From: an uncultured Actinomycetota bacterium
GTDB lineage: Bacteria > Actinomycetota > Acidimicrobiia > Spongiisociales > UBA4744
Assembly: GCA_963717135.1 (NCBI GenBank)
Contig: CAVQVN010000002.1
Coordinates: 193,259 to 257,258 of the forward strand
DNA length: 64,000 nt
Direction of reading: 5' to 3'
Of the stretch, positions 37,399 to 46,080 are shown in pieces. Positions within the stretch are counted from its first letter, which is position 1. Every line of letters starts with the position of its first letter. A program made the translations under genes and the position numbers. A model generated the notes under the pieces. It was not told where the DNA came from, did not search any database, and was given only the letters and a program-made list of their open reading frames with translations.

Positions 37399-38447
37399 AT
37401 CCTCTCCACGAACGGTGGGTCTTGTCGGGTCACCGGCAACCACGACCCGCGCACTTCAACCTCCACTTGAAGGTCGGGTGACGGTGGTGGTTGCAGATAG
37501 CCCAGGCCGATACCCCGCTTGAGGGTGGGGCTGAAATTGCCGCTGGTGACGGTGCCGGTGGACTTGCCCGTCCGGAGCGGGTAGCCGTGCCGCGCAATCT
37601 GACGGCCTCCCATTACGAATCCGATTAGCTGTTTGGACACCCCACCGTCTTTCTGGGCTTGTAAGGCAGGTTTGCCGACAAAATCGTGATCCCAGTTGAC
37701 AACCCACTCGAGGTCGGCTTCCAGGGGGGTCGTGTCACTGTCCAGATCCTGACCCCAGAGCGGGTATCCCATCTCCAATCGCAATGTGTCGCGGGATCCC
37801 AACCCGGCCGGCGTGACCCCCGCCTCCAAGAAGGCGCCGAACAGCTCCGCCGCCGCGGCTGCCGGTGCCCCGATCTCTCCTCCTCGCTCACCCGTATAAC
37901 CGGTTCCGGCGACCCAGACCGGGTACCCGGCGAATTCGGTCTCGAACAAACGGAACCTTCCCGGCGTGTTGCCGAGCACCGATTCGATGGCGGCCGGAGC
38001 GTCCGGACCCTGAACCGCAATCAGCACCGTGTCCTCTCGAAGGTCCTCAATAGTGTTGGTGGCGCCGGCTGCCGCCAGGAATGACGCCCGGATCCGGTCA
38101 TCGTTTGCCCCATTGGGGATCACCCAATATCGCTCGTCTTCCCATCGCCAAACAATGATGTCATCTTCCACCCCTCCCGACTCATTGAGAGCCATCGTGT
38201 ACTGAGCCCGGCCGGGTTCGATGGAAGCGATGTCGTTACACAGCTGTGAGCGAAGAAGTTCGGTGCTTCCCAACCCCTCCAAACGAAACCTGCCGAGATG
38301 TGAAACGTCGAAGACCCCGGCCGCCGTCCTCACTGCCTCATGTTCCTCCAGGACGCTTTCGTACTGGACGGGCATCTCCCAGCCCGCAAAGTCGACGAAC
38401 CTGGCCCCAAGCCGGACGTGCTCGTCATAGAGGGGGGATTGGGCCAT
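37395..38447 (-). CDS. gcvT: Aminomethyltransferase (glycine cleavage T protein)
   Basis: 'SPLYDEHVRLGARFVDFAGWEMPVQYESVLEEH'; ATG at 38447 with AGGAG SD (track start 38456 is GTG). Confidence 0.95.
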   Translation of the reverse strand: MAQSPLYDEHVRLGARFVDFAGWEMPVQYESVLEEHEAVRTAAGVFDVSHLGRFRLEGLGSTELLRSQLCNDIASIEPGRAQYTMALNESGGVEDDIIVWRWEDERYWVIPNGANDDRIRASFLAAAGATNTIEDLREDTVLIAVQGPDAPAAIESVLGNTPGRFRLFETEFAGYPVWVAGTGYTGERGGEIGAPAAAAAELFGAFLEAGVTPAGLGSRDTLRLEMGYPLWGQDLDSDTTPLEADLEWVVNWDHDFVGKPALQAQKDGGVSKQLIGFVMGGRQIARHGYPLRTGKSTGTVTSGNFSPTLKRGIGLGYLQPPPSPDLQVEVEVRGSWLPVTRQDPPFVERI

Positions 38448-38546
38448 CGGGGGCACTCCTCTCGCGACTCATTTCAACCGCAGACTAGACGCACTTGCCT
38501 CTGGTGCCTCCGGGGAGAATGGCAGTTCAGCCGGACCAAACGGCCG

Positions 38547-38999
38547 TTACCCGGCCTCTTGACCGCCCGCCGAAATATCGGCGATTCTCGTCACTTGCGG
38601 TGGTCCCGGGATCCTGGTCGGGGCGGGCACCTCGTCCATGTGGTCTGGCTCTTCGAGCCCGTACTTGACCAATAGATGGAGGTAGTCACGCTGATAGAAC
38701 ACCTTGCAATTGACGTCGGGATACAGCTCCTTCAACCGCCGCACCTTCCGGTTCTTCTTGGTGACCAGCTTCTGGTTCATCGTGGTTATCTCGATGAACA
38801 GGTCGTCACCCGGCAGGTAGAAATCCGGCGTGAAGAATCGCGCCGGTTTGCCTTCTTCGTCCCAGGCGATTGGGAAAGCCCGCGGCTCGTATGACCACTC
38901 AATCCCGTAGAAGTCGAGCAGACGGGCGAACTGCCGTTCGCTGTTGTGAGCAAACTCGGTCGTGTCCGCCGGTCCGGCGTCAAATGCGTCGCGGGTGAT
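38547..38999 (-). CDS. Hypothetical protein; no canonical start codon where the frame leaves the MerR gene (frameshift, fusion or non-canonical start)
   Basis: Coding-looking C-terminal ~150 aa ('...FARLLDFYGIEWSYEPRAFPIAWDEEGKPARFFTPDFYLPGDDLFIEITTMNQKLVTKKNRKVRRLKELYPDVNCKVFYQRDYLHLLVKYGL...'). The track ORF continues 412 nt into the MerR gene in another frame, with Arg/Gly-rich composition there. Confidence 0.3.
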   Translation of the reverse strand: MTRDAFDAGPADTTEFAHNSERQFARLLDFYGIEWSYEPRAFPIAWDEEGKPARFFTPDFYLPGDDLFIEITTMNQKLVTKKNRKVRRLKELYPDVNCKVFYQRDYLHLLVKYGLEEPDHMDEVPAPTRIPGPPQVTRIADISAGGQEAG

Positions 39000-39481
39000 C
39001 AGGTCGCTCGAACCTCCCCGGCCGCCGCGACCGCAGTCGCCGCACCGGTCTCGCCCAGCTCGGGGAATAGCTGGTGGATCTGACCTTCGAGCTCCTCCTG
39101 CACGGGACCAACCGCGATCCCGAATACGCCCTGGCCTCGCCGGAACACGTCGACGACCTCGTCGGCGCTGTGCGCTGCATAGATGGTCTGTCCGTCGGAA
39201 AGGAGGGTGACATCGACCAGCGGCCGGTCGCTCTGCAGTTGGCGAACCAGAATCTCCATCGCCTGACGAATCTTCTTGAGGCTCATGCCGGCATCGAGCA
39301 ATCTTTTGATGACCTTCAACTGCACTACATCGGCAAACGAGTACTGCCGTTGCGATCCCGAGCCCTGAGCACTCTGAACGGAAGGTTTCAGAAGATCGGT
39401 CCGGGCCCAATAGTCGAGCTGTCGGTACGTGATCCCGACCAGGTTGCAGACCTGGGGGGCTCGATATCCAGTGTCGGTCAC
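38999..39481 (-). CDS. MerR-family transcriptional regulator (Rv1830-like)
   Basis: 'APQVCNLVGITYRQLDYWARTDLLKPS...RQYSFADVVQLKVIKRLLDAGMSL' MerR HTH. Confidence 0.85.
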   Translation of the reverse strand: MTDTGYRAPQVCNLVGITYRQLDYWARTDLLKPSVQSAQGSGSQRQYSFADVVQLKVIKRLLDAGMSLKKIRQAMEILVRQLQSDRPLVDVTLLSDGQTIYAAHSADEVVDVFRRGQGVFGIAVGPVQEELEGQIHQLFPELGETGAATAVAAAGEVRAT

Positions 39482-39518
39482 GCCGCGCTCCTCTTCTAGC
39501 CGTCGTAGCTTACACGTT

Positions 39519-39528
39519 CGTAATTACG
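39519..39528. promoter_or_regulatory. Perfect 10-bp palindrome CGTAATTACG in the lower-GC region upstream of the MerR gene; candidate operator
   Basis: Seen in sequence only. Confidence 0.15.
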
Positions 39529-39596
39529 GAGCCACAACCTACCGAAATCGACAAGGAGTTGTCAACAGTATCTGTGGATAACTTTGCGGACGACTG

Positions 39597-40598
39597 TCAC
39601 CTTGTCCCGGTCATGAGCATGGTGAGCTTCTCGATCTGATCATTGGTGCCGATTCCCACCATGATCTGTCCCGGCGTGATGACGAGGTCGGGATCGGGAT
39701 TCAGGTAGAGGCGTCGCGACTCGTCCTCCACGGCCAGAATCATGGCTCCCGATCGTTGCCGGATCCCGGCCTCTCGCAACGACATTCCCGCCAGAATGCA
39801 GTCCTCGTGGATCTCCATTTGCTGTACGCGAAACTCAACATGGTTGCCTTGCAACACGAGGTCAATGAAGTCGGCCAGCTCGGGTTGGAAAGCCATCGAG
39901 GCCAGCCGGTGGGCTCCCACCCGCTGCGGCGCAACGACCCGATCGGCGCCGGCCAGATACAGCTTGCGTTCCGATTCGCTCTCCGCGGCCCGTGCAATCA
40001 CCAGCAAATCCGGGCGAAGTGCCTTGGCGGAGAGAACGATAACGAGGTTGTCAGAATCGGCGGTGACACAGGCAATCAGTGACCTGGCTCGCTCGATTCC
40101 GGCTTCGACCAGAGTCTCGTTGTGGGTGGCGTCTTTCTCCAAGACAAGCGCACCCGCGTCGAGAGCCTCTTGAGCAGCGCCCGGGTCGCCCTCAACCACC
40201 AGGACTTCTGCGCCGCGATCCACCATCAGCTCCCAGGTGGCGCTTCCCACCCTGCCGAACCCGCAGATGATGTAGTGATCGCTGAGTTGTTCGATGGTTC
40301 TGGTCATCCTGGTTTGTCCCCGCCGACCGCTGAGATTCTCGTATGCAGCTTCCAAGGCGGCACCGGCAGTGTAGAAGAGCGTGCCCACTCCGACCACGAT
40401 CAAGCCGACCGTGAACAACTCCCCCGTTCCCGAAAGGGGAAACACTTCCGAGTAGCCCACGGTGGAGATGGTGATCATCGTCATGAAGAAAGCATCGAGC
40501 AATCCGGCGTGTTCGATGATCATGAACCCGGCGGTCCCGACCACGACAACGGCTGCCAGGATGACGGTTGCGACCCGTATCCTGGTGACGCCCTTCAT
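39597..40598 (-). CDS. Ion-channel protein with TrkA-N/RCK and TrkA-C domains; pore filter 'TVGYSE' instead of TVGYG
   Basis: 2-TM pore module 'MTMITISTVGYSEV', Rossmann 'IICGFGRVGSA', C-terminal TrkA-C. Confidence 0.8.
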   Translation of the reverse strand: MKGVTRIRVATVILAAVVVVGTAGFMIIEHAGLLDAFFMTMITISTVGYSEVFPLSGTGELFTVGLIVVGVGTLFYTAGAALEAAYENLSGRRGQTRMTRTIEQLSDHYIICGFGRVGSATWELMVDRGAEVLVVEGDPGAAQEALDAGALVLEKDATHNETLVEAGIERARSLIACVTADSDNLVIVLSAKALRPDLLVIARAAESESERKLYLAGADRVVAPQRVGAHRLASMAFQPELADFIDLVLQGNHVEFRVQQMEIHEDCILAGMSLREAGIRQRSGAMILAVEDESRRLYLNPDPDLVITPGQIMVGIGTNDQIEKLTMLMTGTR

Positions 40599-41119
40599 CA
40601 GCTCGGCGACTCGCCTACCTCGAAATCCTCGGGAGTGATGTCATCGAGGAATTCCCGGAATTTCTCTATCTCCGCTTCCTCATCCTCGTCGCGAATCTCG
40701 ATGCCTGCGTCCTCTAGGACCTGTGGCGTGGCAAACAACGGTGCCCCCATCCGGGCGGCCAGGGCGATGGCATCGGAGGGACGGGACGACACGGTGACCT
40801 CTTCGGCTCCCGTGGCGAGGACGAGGTCGGCGTAATACACGCTGTCGCGCAATTCGGTCACGACCACCCTGGCGACGCTGGCTCCCAGAGACTCCGAGAC
40901 CAGCTTGAGAAGATCGTGGGTCAGCGGCCGCTGCGGCACCACCCCTTCGAGCGCATAGGCGATGGCGGTGGCTTCCACGGCTCCAATCCAAATGGGGAGA
41001 TACCGCGTACCTTCCGCCTCGCGCAAAAGCACAATGGGCTGGTTGGTCGGGAGTTCAATCCGAACCCCGATCAACTCCATCAGGATCCCGTCGCTCTTCT
41101 GCCCACCTGGGTCGCTCAT
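40598..41119 (-). CDS. Bifunctional nuclease family protein (DUF151; Rv1829-like)
   Basis: 'MELIGVRIELPTNQPIVLLREAEGTRYLPIWIGAVEATAIA'. Confidence 0.8.
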   Translation of the reverse strand: MSDPGGQKSDGILMELIGVRIELPTNQPIVLLREAEGTRYLPIWIGAVEATAIAYALEGVVPQRPLTHDLLKLVSESLGASVARVVVTELRDSVYYADLVLATGAEEVTVSSRPSDAIALAARMGAPLFATPQVLEDAGIEIRDEDEEAEIEKFREFLDDITPEDFEVGESPS

Positions 41120-41709
41120 GCGTCCAGGTTATCACCGTGAGCCCGGAACACCCGCTCGCCTAATCCGCCGGGATCGGACCGCAGAGCAGCCAGATCGAGA
41201 ACGACCCAGATCGATCTCAGATTCCGGTATTTGCCTTCCCAATCGAGTCCATATCCAAGGAGGAATTCGTCACCGACTTCGAAGCCGCGGTACTCGAGCG
41301 GAACCTCGACAATCCGGCGCGGCGCCTTGTCAATGAGCGTCACGGTCACCAGGCTGGCAACGTCTCTTGCCTCCAGCAACCGCCGTAGATAGGACAGGGT
41401 CAAGCCGGTATCGACGATATCCTCGACGATTACCACGTCCCGTCCCTCCAGCGAGATCTCGGTGTCCAAGGCGATCTTCACCTTGCCTCCCTCCCCAAAC
41501 CGGCTGAGAGCCAAGAAGTCCACTTCTAAAGGCGTCTGCACTTCTCGAATCAGATCGCTGAGAAACGGCAGCGAACCATGGAGCACCCCAACGAACACGG
41601 GCTGGCGATCCCGATACTCTTCGGTCAGCTGCGACCCTAATTCTTTCGTTCGGGATGCCAACGCCTCCGCGGAGATGGCTTCCACAAACGGCGAGTTGTT
41701 GGCGGTCAC
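41116..41709 (-). CDS. hpt: Hypoxanthine phosphoribosyltransferase
   Basis: PRPP motif 'VVIVEDIVDTGLTLSYL'. Confidence 0.9.
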   Translation of the reverse strand: MTANNSPFVEAISAEALASRTKELGSQLTEEYRDRQPVFVGVLHGSLPFLSDLIREVQTPLEVDFLALSRFGEGGKVKIALDTEISLEGRDVVIVEDIVDTGLTLSYLRRLLEARDVASLVTVTLIDKAPRRIVEVPLEYRGFEVGDEFLLGYGLDWEGKYRNLRSIWVVLDLAALRSDPGGLGERVFRAHGDNLDA

Positions 41710-41736
41710 AAGCGCATCACTCCGCCCGTTTCCCGG

Positions 41737-42915
41737 TCATTCATTGCCGAACAACCAGTCCCAGTAATTGCTTGCCCAGGCGAAGGCGTCCGTCAATTCC
41801 GGAAGGCCGGGAGCAGCGGAAACCTCCAGGGGTACCCGGCCGAGTTCCTCATCTCCGATGGTGGCGATCACCGCCGCCCCGTCATGGGTAAACGCCGGTG
41901 TCAACACGATCTGCTGAGAGTCGTCGCGGTTGGAGAAGATCGAAAGGGTTTCGGAGGCAACGGCCTCTTCGGCGTCTCCCGGCAATCGACGCCGCGCGTA
42001 GTCGACCCCGGCCACAATCACCTCAACTACACCAAATTCGCTGAATCCGTAGTCGAGCAACGCTTCTGCATCGGCGAAGCGCCCATCGAGAGTTGCCGAA
42101 CCCATCACCACCACATAGAGAAGTCGCCCGTCTCGTTCGGCCGACCCAACCAGTGTCCACCCGGCATCATCCGTGAAGCCGGTCTTGACCCCCGTCGCCC
42201 CGGGATAGTCGTACAACAAACGATTGACGGTCCGAGCTACACGCTCGTCTCCCTCCGGGGTGGGAGGAACCTTCGCTTCTCGAGTTCCGGCGATTGTCGC
42301 CAGTTCGTCCACGGCCATCATCGCTTGAGCCAAAACCACCAGATCGCGAGCCGAGCTGAAATGGTTTTCGTCATCGAGGCCGTGAGGATTCGCGAAACTC
42401 GTGTTCTCCAATCCGAGCTCGGCTGCTTTGTCGTTCATGAGTTTGACAAATCCCTCGACGGTCCCGCCGACGTACTCTGCTAATGCCAGCGCGGCATCAT
42501 TGGCAGACTCGAGGACTATGGCGTAGAGCAACTGTTCAACGGTCCACACCTCGCCGGCCACCAGATCGATTTCTGCTTCCCCTATCTCCGGGGCTTCATC
42601 GCTAATCGTTACCCGCTCGAACGGGGACGCATGTTCAAAGGCCACCAGAGCTGTCATCATCTTGGTGGTCGACGCCATGGCCCTTCGCTGGTCCGGGTCC
42701 TTTTCTGCCAGCACCTGATCGTAAGTAGCGTCGTAGAGGATCCAGGTCTGGGCGGTGACCTCGGGTGGGGCGCCGGTGAACAACCCCTCGACCGGCATCG
42801 GTGGCAACTGAGCAGCGGCTGCCGCCTCGAGTGCCGCCCCGCCGGGAATGACGGCGCCGACCAGCAGTAGCGTCAGGACGAACACGGCCAATCGGCGCAG
42901 CTTGAAGTGGAGCAT
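41737..42915 (-). CDS. D-alanyl-D-alanine carboxypeptidase (peptidase S11, PBP5-like)
   Basis: Signal peptide, SxxK 'ASTTKMMTALVA', 'SFANPHGLDDENHFSSARDL'. Confidence 0.85.
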   Translation of the reverse strand: MLHFKLRRLAVFVLTLLLVGAVIPGGAALEAAAAAQLPPMPVEGLFTGAPPEVTAQTWILYDATYDQVLAEKDPDQRRAMASTTKMMTALVAFEHASPFERVTISDEAPEIGEAEIDLVAGEVWTVEQLLYAIVLESANDAALALAEYVGGTVEGFVKLMNDKAAELGLENTSFANPHGLDDENHFSSARDLVVLAQAMMAVDELATIAGTREAKVPPTPEGDERVARTVNRLLYDYPGATGVKTGFTDDAGWTLVGSAERDGRLLYVVVMGSATLDGRFADAEALLDYGFSEFGVVEVIVAGVDYARRRLPGDAEEAVASETLSIFSNRDDSQQIVLTPAFTHDGAAVIATIGDEELGRVPLEVSAAPGLPELTDAFAWASNYWDWLFGNE

Positions 42916-43601
42916 CAGGACTCCAACAACCTGCGGAGCTCCTCGGTGAGGATGGCAACACGCATCTTGCCGATCGCATCAGCGCACCCGGCCAGGATCT
43001 CTCCCGCCCGATGTCGGGCATCAGGGCTGCGATTGCGCAACAACGGTGCCGTGAGCTGATCGAGTAGCGACCCGTCGCGTTCGGTCGATATCCGCACGGA
43101 CCGAAGGTGACGGGGCTCGAGGCCATAGGCCATCAGTCTTTGCGCCTCACGGGCCACGGCCAGCTCCTGCTGGCTGAAACTCTCGTTCCCTTCTTCGCCA
43201 TCCCCGCGCAAGATGCCGTGGTCGATCAACTCGGCGACTTGACGGCGAGTCAGGCCACTCGAACGAGCCACCTCATCCAATCCGAGCGGCGTTGCCGACG
43301 GAGCGAACAGCTTCTCGGGAGGAGGTCCCGACGGAGCCGGCATCACATTCTCTTCCCCGCGCTCCCACATCGTCAGTTTCGACTTGATGACCTTGAGCGG
43401 CAGGAAGTGATCGCGCTGCTGTTGAAGAATGAACCGCAAACGTTTGATGTCGTCGTCGAAAAACTGCCGGTATCCCGCCGGGCTCCGGTGAGGATCGATC
43501 AATCCTTGGCTCTCCAAGAACCTGACTTTTGACACACTCACATCAGGAAACTCGGGTTTGAGGAGGTTGATCACCTCGCCGATCGACACGCCATCAGTCA
43601 T
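42915..43601 (-). CDS. MerR-family transcriptional regulator (Rv1828-like)
   Basis: 'MTDGVSIGEVINLLKPEFPDVSVSKVRFLESQGLIDPHRSPAGYRQF'; internal ATG chosen to give an 8-nt overlap with the FHA gene. Confidence 0.8.
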   Translation of the reverse strand: MTDGVSIGEVINLLKPEFPDVSVSKVRFLESQGLIDPHRSPAGYRQFFDDDIKRLRFILQQQRDHFLPLKVIKSKLTMWERGEENVMPAPSGPPPEKLFAPSATPLGLDEVARSSGLTRRQVAELIDHGILRGDGEEGNESFSQQELAVAREAQRLMAYGLEPRHLRSVRISTERDGSLLDQLTAPLLRNRSPDARHRAGEILAGCADAIGKMRVAILTEELRRLLES

Positions 43602-44061
43602 TGCCGAGAGCCACGATGAGGTGGAACTTGCCGACGATGACCTCATCTCCCGGTCGCAACACGCCTCGATCCACCCTTTCACCGTTTACATAGGTCCCAT
43701 TGGTCGAGCCGGAGTCTTCAACCTGCAACGAAGCTCCATCGCTGAGAAAACGGCAATGGTGACGGGAAACGGTGATGTCATCCAGGAACATGTCGCTGTC
43801 GGGATGGCGTCCGGCGGTGGTCGTGCCCTCCTTCACCAGCCAGGCCATGCCCGCCCGGGGCCCTCGCTCAACTACCAAGGCAAAGCCGGCCACACCGGGT
43901 ACGTGGCCGGCTTCGTCCGGTGTCAACGCCGGATGGGCCGATGCCGAGATGGGAACGAATGTAACCGTTGCTTCGTGCTCGATGGCAGCACCACACGACG
44001 GACAAACGACGAGATCAGCCTCGATCTCAGCTTGACAGTTTGGGCACTCCATAGGAGACAT
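43594..44061 (-). CDS. garA: GarA/OdhI-type FHA-domain regulator with an additional N-terminal CxxC...CxxC zinc ribbon
   Basis: FHA core 'ALVVERGPRAGMAWLVKEGTTTAGRHPDSDMFLDDITVSRHHCRFL...STNGTYVNGERVD...GDEVIVGKFHLI' closely matches mycobacterial GarA; 'EATVTF' sits at the position of the ETTS phospho-motif; N-terminal 'CPNCQAEIEADLVVCPSCG'. Confidence 0.85.
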   Translation of the reverse strand: MSPMECPNCQAEIEADLVVCPSCGAAIEHEATVTFVPISASAHPALTPDEAGHVPGVAGFALVVERGPRAGMAWLVKEGTTTAGRHPDSDMFLDDITVSRHHCRFLSDGASLQVEDSGSTNGTYVNGERVDRGVLRPGDEVIVGKFHLIVALGND

Positions 44062-44092
44062 CGTAGTGGCCCTTTCGAAAGGATCGGCGCTG

Positions 44093-44473
44093 TTACGCGA
44101 TCAAGGCGCGGTAAGCATCGGCCTCGAGAAGGGTATCCAGACCCGTGTTATCACTCACCTCTATTTCGACGAACCACCCCTCGCCGTAGGGATCGCTGTT
44201 GACCAGCTCCGGTTCAGAGGACAGCGCCTCGTTGGCGGCTACCACGATGCCGGTCACCGGTGCGTACACGTCGGCGACCGATTTGGTCGATTCGACCTCT
44301 GCGATGGCATCTCCCCTGGCGACCGTCTTGCCGGGCGCCGGAAGCTCCACGTACACGACATCGCCCAACGCGTCCTGGGCATAGTCTGTGAGACCCATCC
44401 GCACCTTCCCGTCCTCGCCGACCAACACCCATTCGTGCTCTTCCGTGTACCGCCTGTCGTCGGGCACGTTCAT
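44093..44473 (-). CDS. gcvH: Glycine cleavage system H protein
   Basis: Lipoyl-lysine motif 'EVESTKSVADVYAPVTG', 'YTEEHEWV'. Confidence 0.95.
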   Translation of the reverse strand: MNVPDDRRYTEEHEWVLVGEDGKVRMGLTDYAQDALGDVVYVELPAPGKTVARGDAIAEVESTKSVADVYAPVTGIVVAANEALSSEPELVNSDPYGEGWFVEIEVSDNTGLDTLLEADAYRALIA

Positions 44474-44521
44474 CCCAAGCCATCCTCTCTTGCGTGCGCC
44501 CAAGGTTACAGTTGCCAAGCC

Positions 44522-45082
44522 TCACGCGTGACGCAACCTGTCCCGGATCTCGACCGCGTAGAGGAAGGCCACCCAGTAATAGAGAACCAGGCCGATGATC
44601 CCGAACCCCCATCCCAGATACAGGAACAGGTCACCGGCCACTCCCCCGGCTGCCAGATAGAAAGCGGGAATGGCGCCGTACAAGATGAAAGTGGCGAGCT
44701 TTCCCATGTATCTCACCTCGAGCTTCTCTTTGAGACGCACCCCCAACACCAGCGCCCCGACGGCAATCGCCAACTCCCGGACGATCAAAGCAATGCCGAG
44801 CCACAGGGGCACTACCTCGGCGATCATGCCCCCGATCAGCGCCGCAGCAATGGCGACCCGATCCGCCAGCGGGTCGAGGAACTTGCCAATCTCGGACACC
44901 TGATTCAGCTTGCGAGCCAGCACCCCATCCAACCAATCGGTCCAGCCGATCACGAGAATGAGGACGCCCGCCGCCACCGGGTCTTCACGCCCAAACAGCA
45001 GCCACCAGAAGACGCCGATGCCGGCCAGCCGGAGGCCGGATATAAGGTTGGGGATGGTGAACAGACCGGCGTCGGTGGTCAG
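44522..45082 (-). CDS. pgsA: CDP-alcohol phosphatidyltransferase (PgsA-type)
   Basis: 'DWLDGVLARKLNQVSEIGKFLDPLADR' (D-G-x2-A-R...G-x3-D-x3-D). Only the last ~186 aa of the 624-aa track ORF; first in-frame codon after the upstream ABC gene is CTG overlapping its TGA. Confidence 0.7.
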   Translation of the reverse strand: MTTDAGLFTIPNLISGLRLAGIGVFWWLLFGREDPVAAGVLILVIGWTDWLDGVLARKLNQVSEIGKFLDPLADRVAIAAALIGGMIAEVVPLWLGIALIVRELAIAVGALVLGVRLKEKLEVRYMGKLATFILYGAIPAFYLAAGGVAGDLFLYLGWGFGIIGLVLYYWVAFLYAVEIRDRLRHA

Positions 45083-46080
45083 ACCGGCTCCTTCTTCACG
45101 ACATAACAGGCAACCATATGCCCGGAGCCCTTGTCCTCCAGCGATGGATGGTCGCTCGTCCGGCACACGTCTTGCACCCACGGACAGCGGTCGATGAAGC
45201 GGCACTCCGGCGCCGGGTTGATGGCCTTGGTGATACCGCCCTCGATCTCCACCGGAGGACGCACATAGCTCGGGTCGGGGACCGGAACCGCCGACAACAG
45301 TGCCCGGGTATAAGGATGCCGGGGATTGTGGAGGAGTTCCTCGGTCGAAGCCATCTCGACGATCTTCCCGAGATACATGACCGCGATGCGGTCGCACATG
45401 TAACGAGCCACGGCCAAATCGTGAGTGATGTATAGATACGAAACGTCGAATTCCTTGGCAAGGTTCAGCATCAACTCCATGATCGAGATACGGATGCTGA
45501 CGTCGAGCATCGACGTCGGCTCGTCGGCCACCACGAACGTGGGGTCGATCACCAGAGCCCGGGCGATGGCCACTCTTTGCCGCTGACCACCCGACAGCTC
45601 GTGGGGGAACCGGAACATGAAGGTGGCGGCCGGGATCAATCCAACTAACTCCAACAGTTCCGCAACCCGCTCCTCCCGTTCGATCACGGTACCGATCCCC
45701 TGCACCTGCAACGGCTCGGAGATGGTGTCGTAGATCGTGCGCCGTGGGTTCATCGACTCGTAGGGATCCTGGAAGATCATCTGCACCCGTCGCCGGAACC
45801 GCTTCATGTTCTCGCGGTCGATCTCCGAGACTCTGATCATCGAACCATTGTCCTGCAACAGGATCCGGCCGTCGGTCTGGCTGGTGAGCCGGACCAGCAT
45901 CCGGCCCGTGGTCGTCTTGCCGCACCCCGACTCCCCCACCAGACCGAGGCTCTCCCCGGGGGCGATCTCGAAGCTGACGTCGTCGACCGCGTGAATGAAC
46001 TCGGTGGATTTGCGAAACAGGCCCCGCTGCACGGGATAGAGCTTCTTGAGACCTTCGACTTTCACCAACGGTTGCGTCAT
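45079..46080 (-). CDS. Peptide ABC transporter ATP-binding protein (OppF/DppF-like)
   Basis: Walker A 'GESGCGKTT', 'LSGGQRQRVAIARAL'; internal ATG ('[11 protein letters not shown]') overlaps the upstream stop as ATGA. Confidence 0.9.
   Translation of the reverse strand: MTQPLVKVEGLKKLYPVQRGLFRKSTEFIHAVDDVSFEIAPGESLGLVGESGCGKTTTGRMLVRLTSQTDGRILLQDNGSMIRVSEIDRENMKRFRRRVQMIFQDPYESMNPRRTIYDTISEPLQVQGIGTVIEREERVAELLELVGLIPAATFMFRFPHELSGGQRQRVAIARALVIDPTFVVADEPTSMLDVSIRISIMELMLNLAKEFDVSYLYITHDLAVARYMCDRIAVMYLGKIVEMASTEELLHNPRHPYTRALLSAVPVPDPSYVRPPVEIEGGITKAINPAPECRFIDRCPWVQDVCRTSDHPSLEDKGSGHMVACYVVKKEPV

Noticed and set aside
38448-38546. Glycine riboswitch upstream of gcvT
   Set aside because: Expected for gcvT operons, but the leader is only ~99 nt and shows at best a weak partial resemblance ('GGAGGCACCAGAGGCAAG') to the conserved ACCGAAGGGGCAA / GGAGAG elements. 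I cannot fit a full aptamer. An Infernal scan with RF00504 would settle it.
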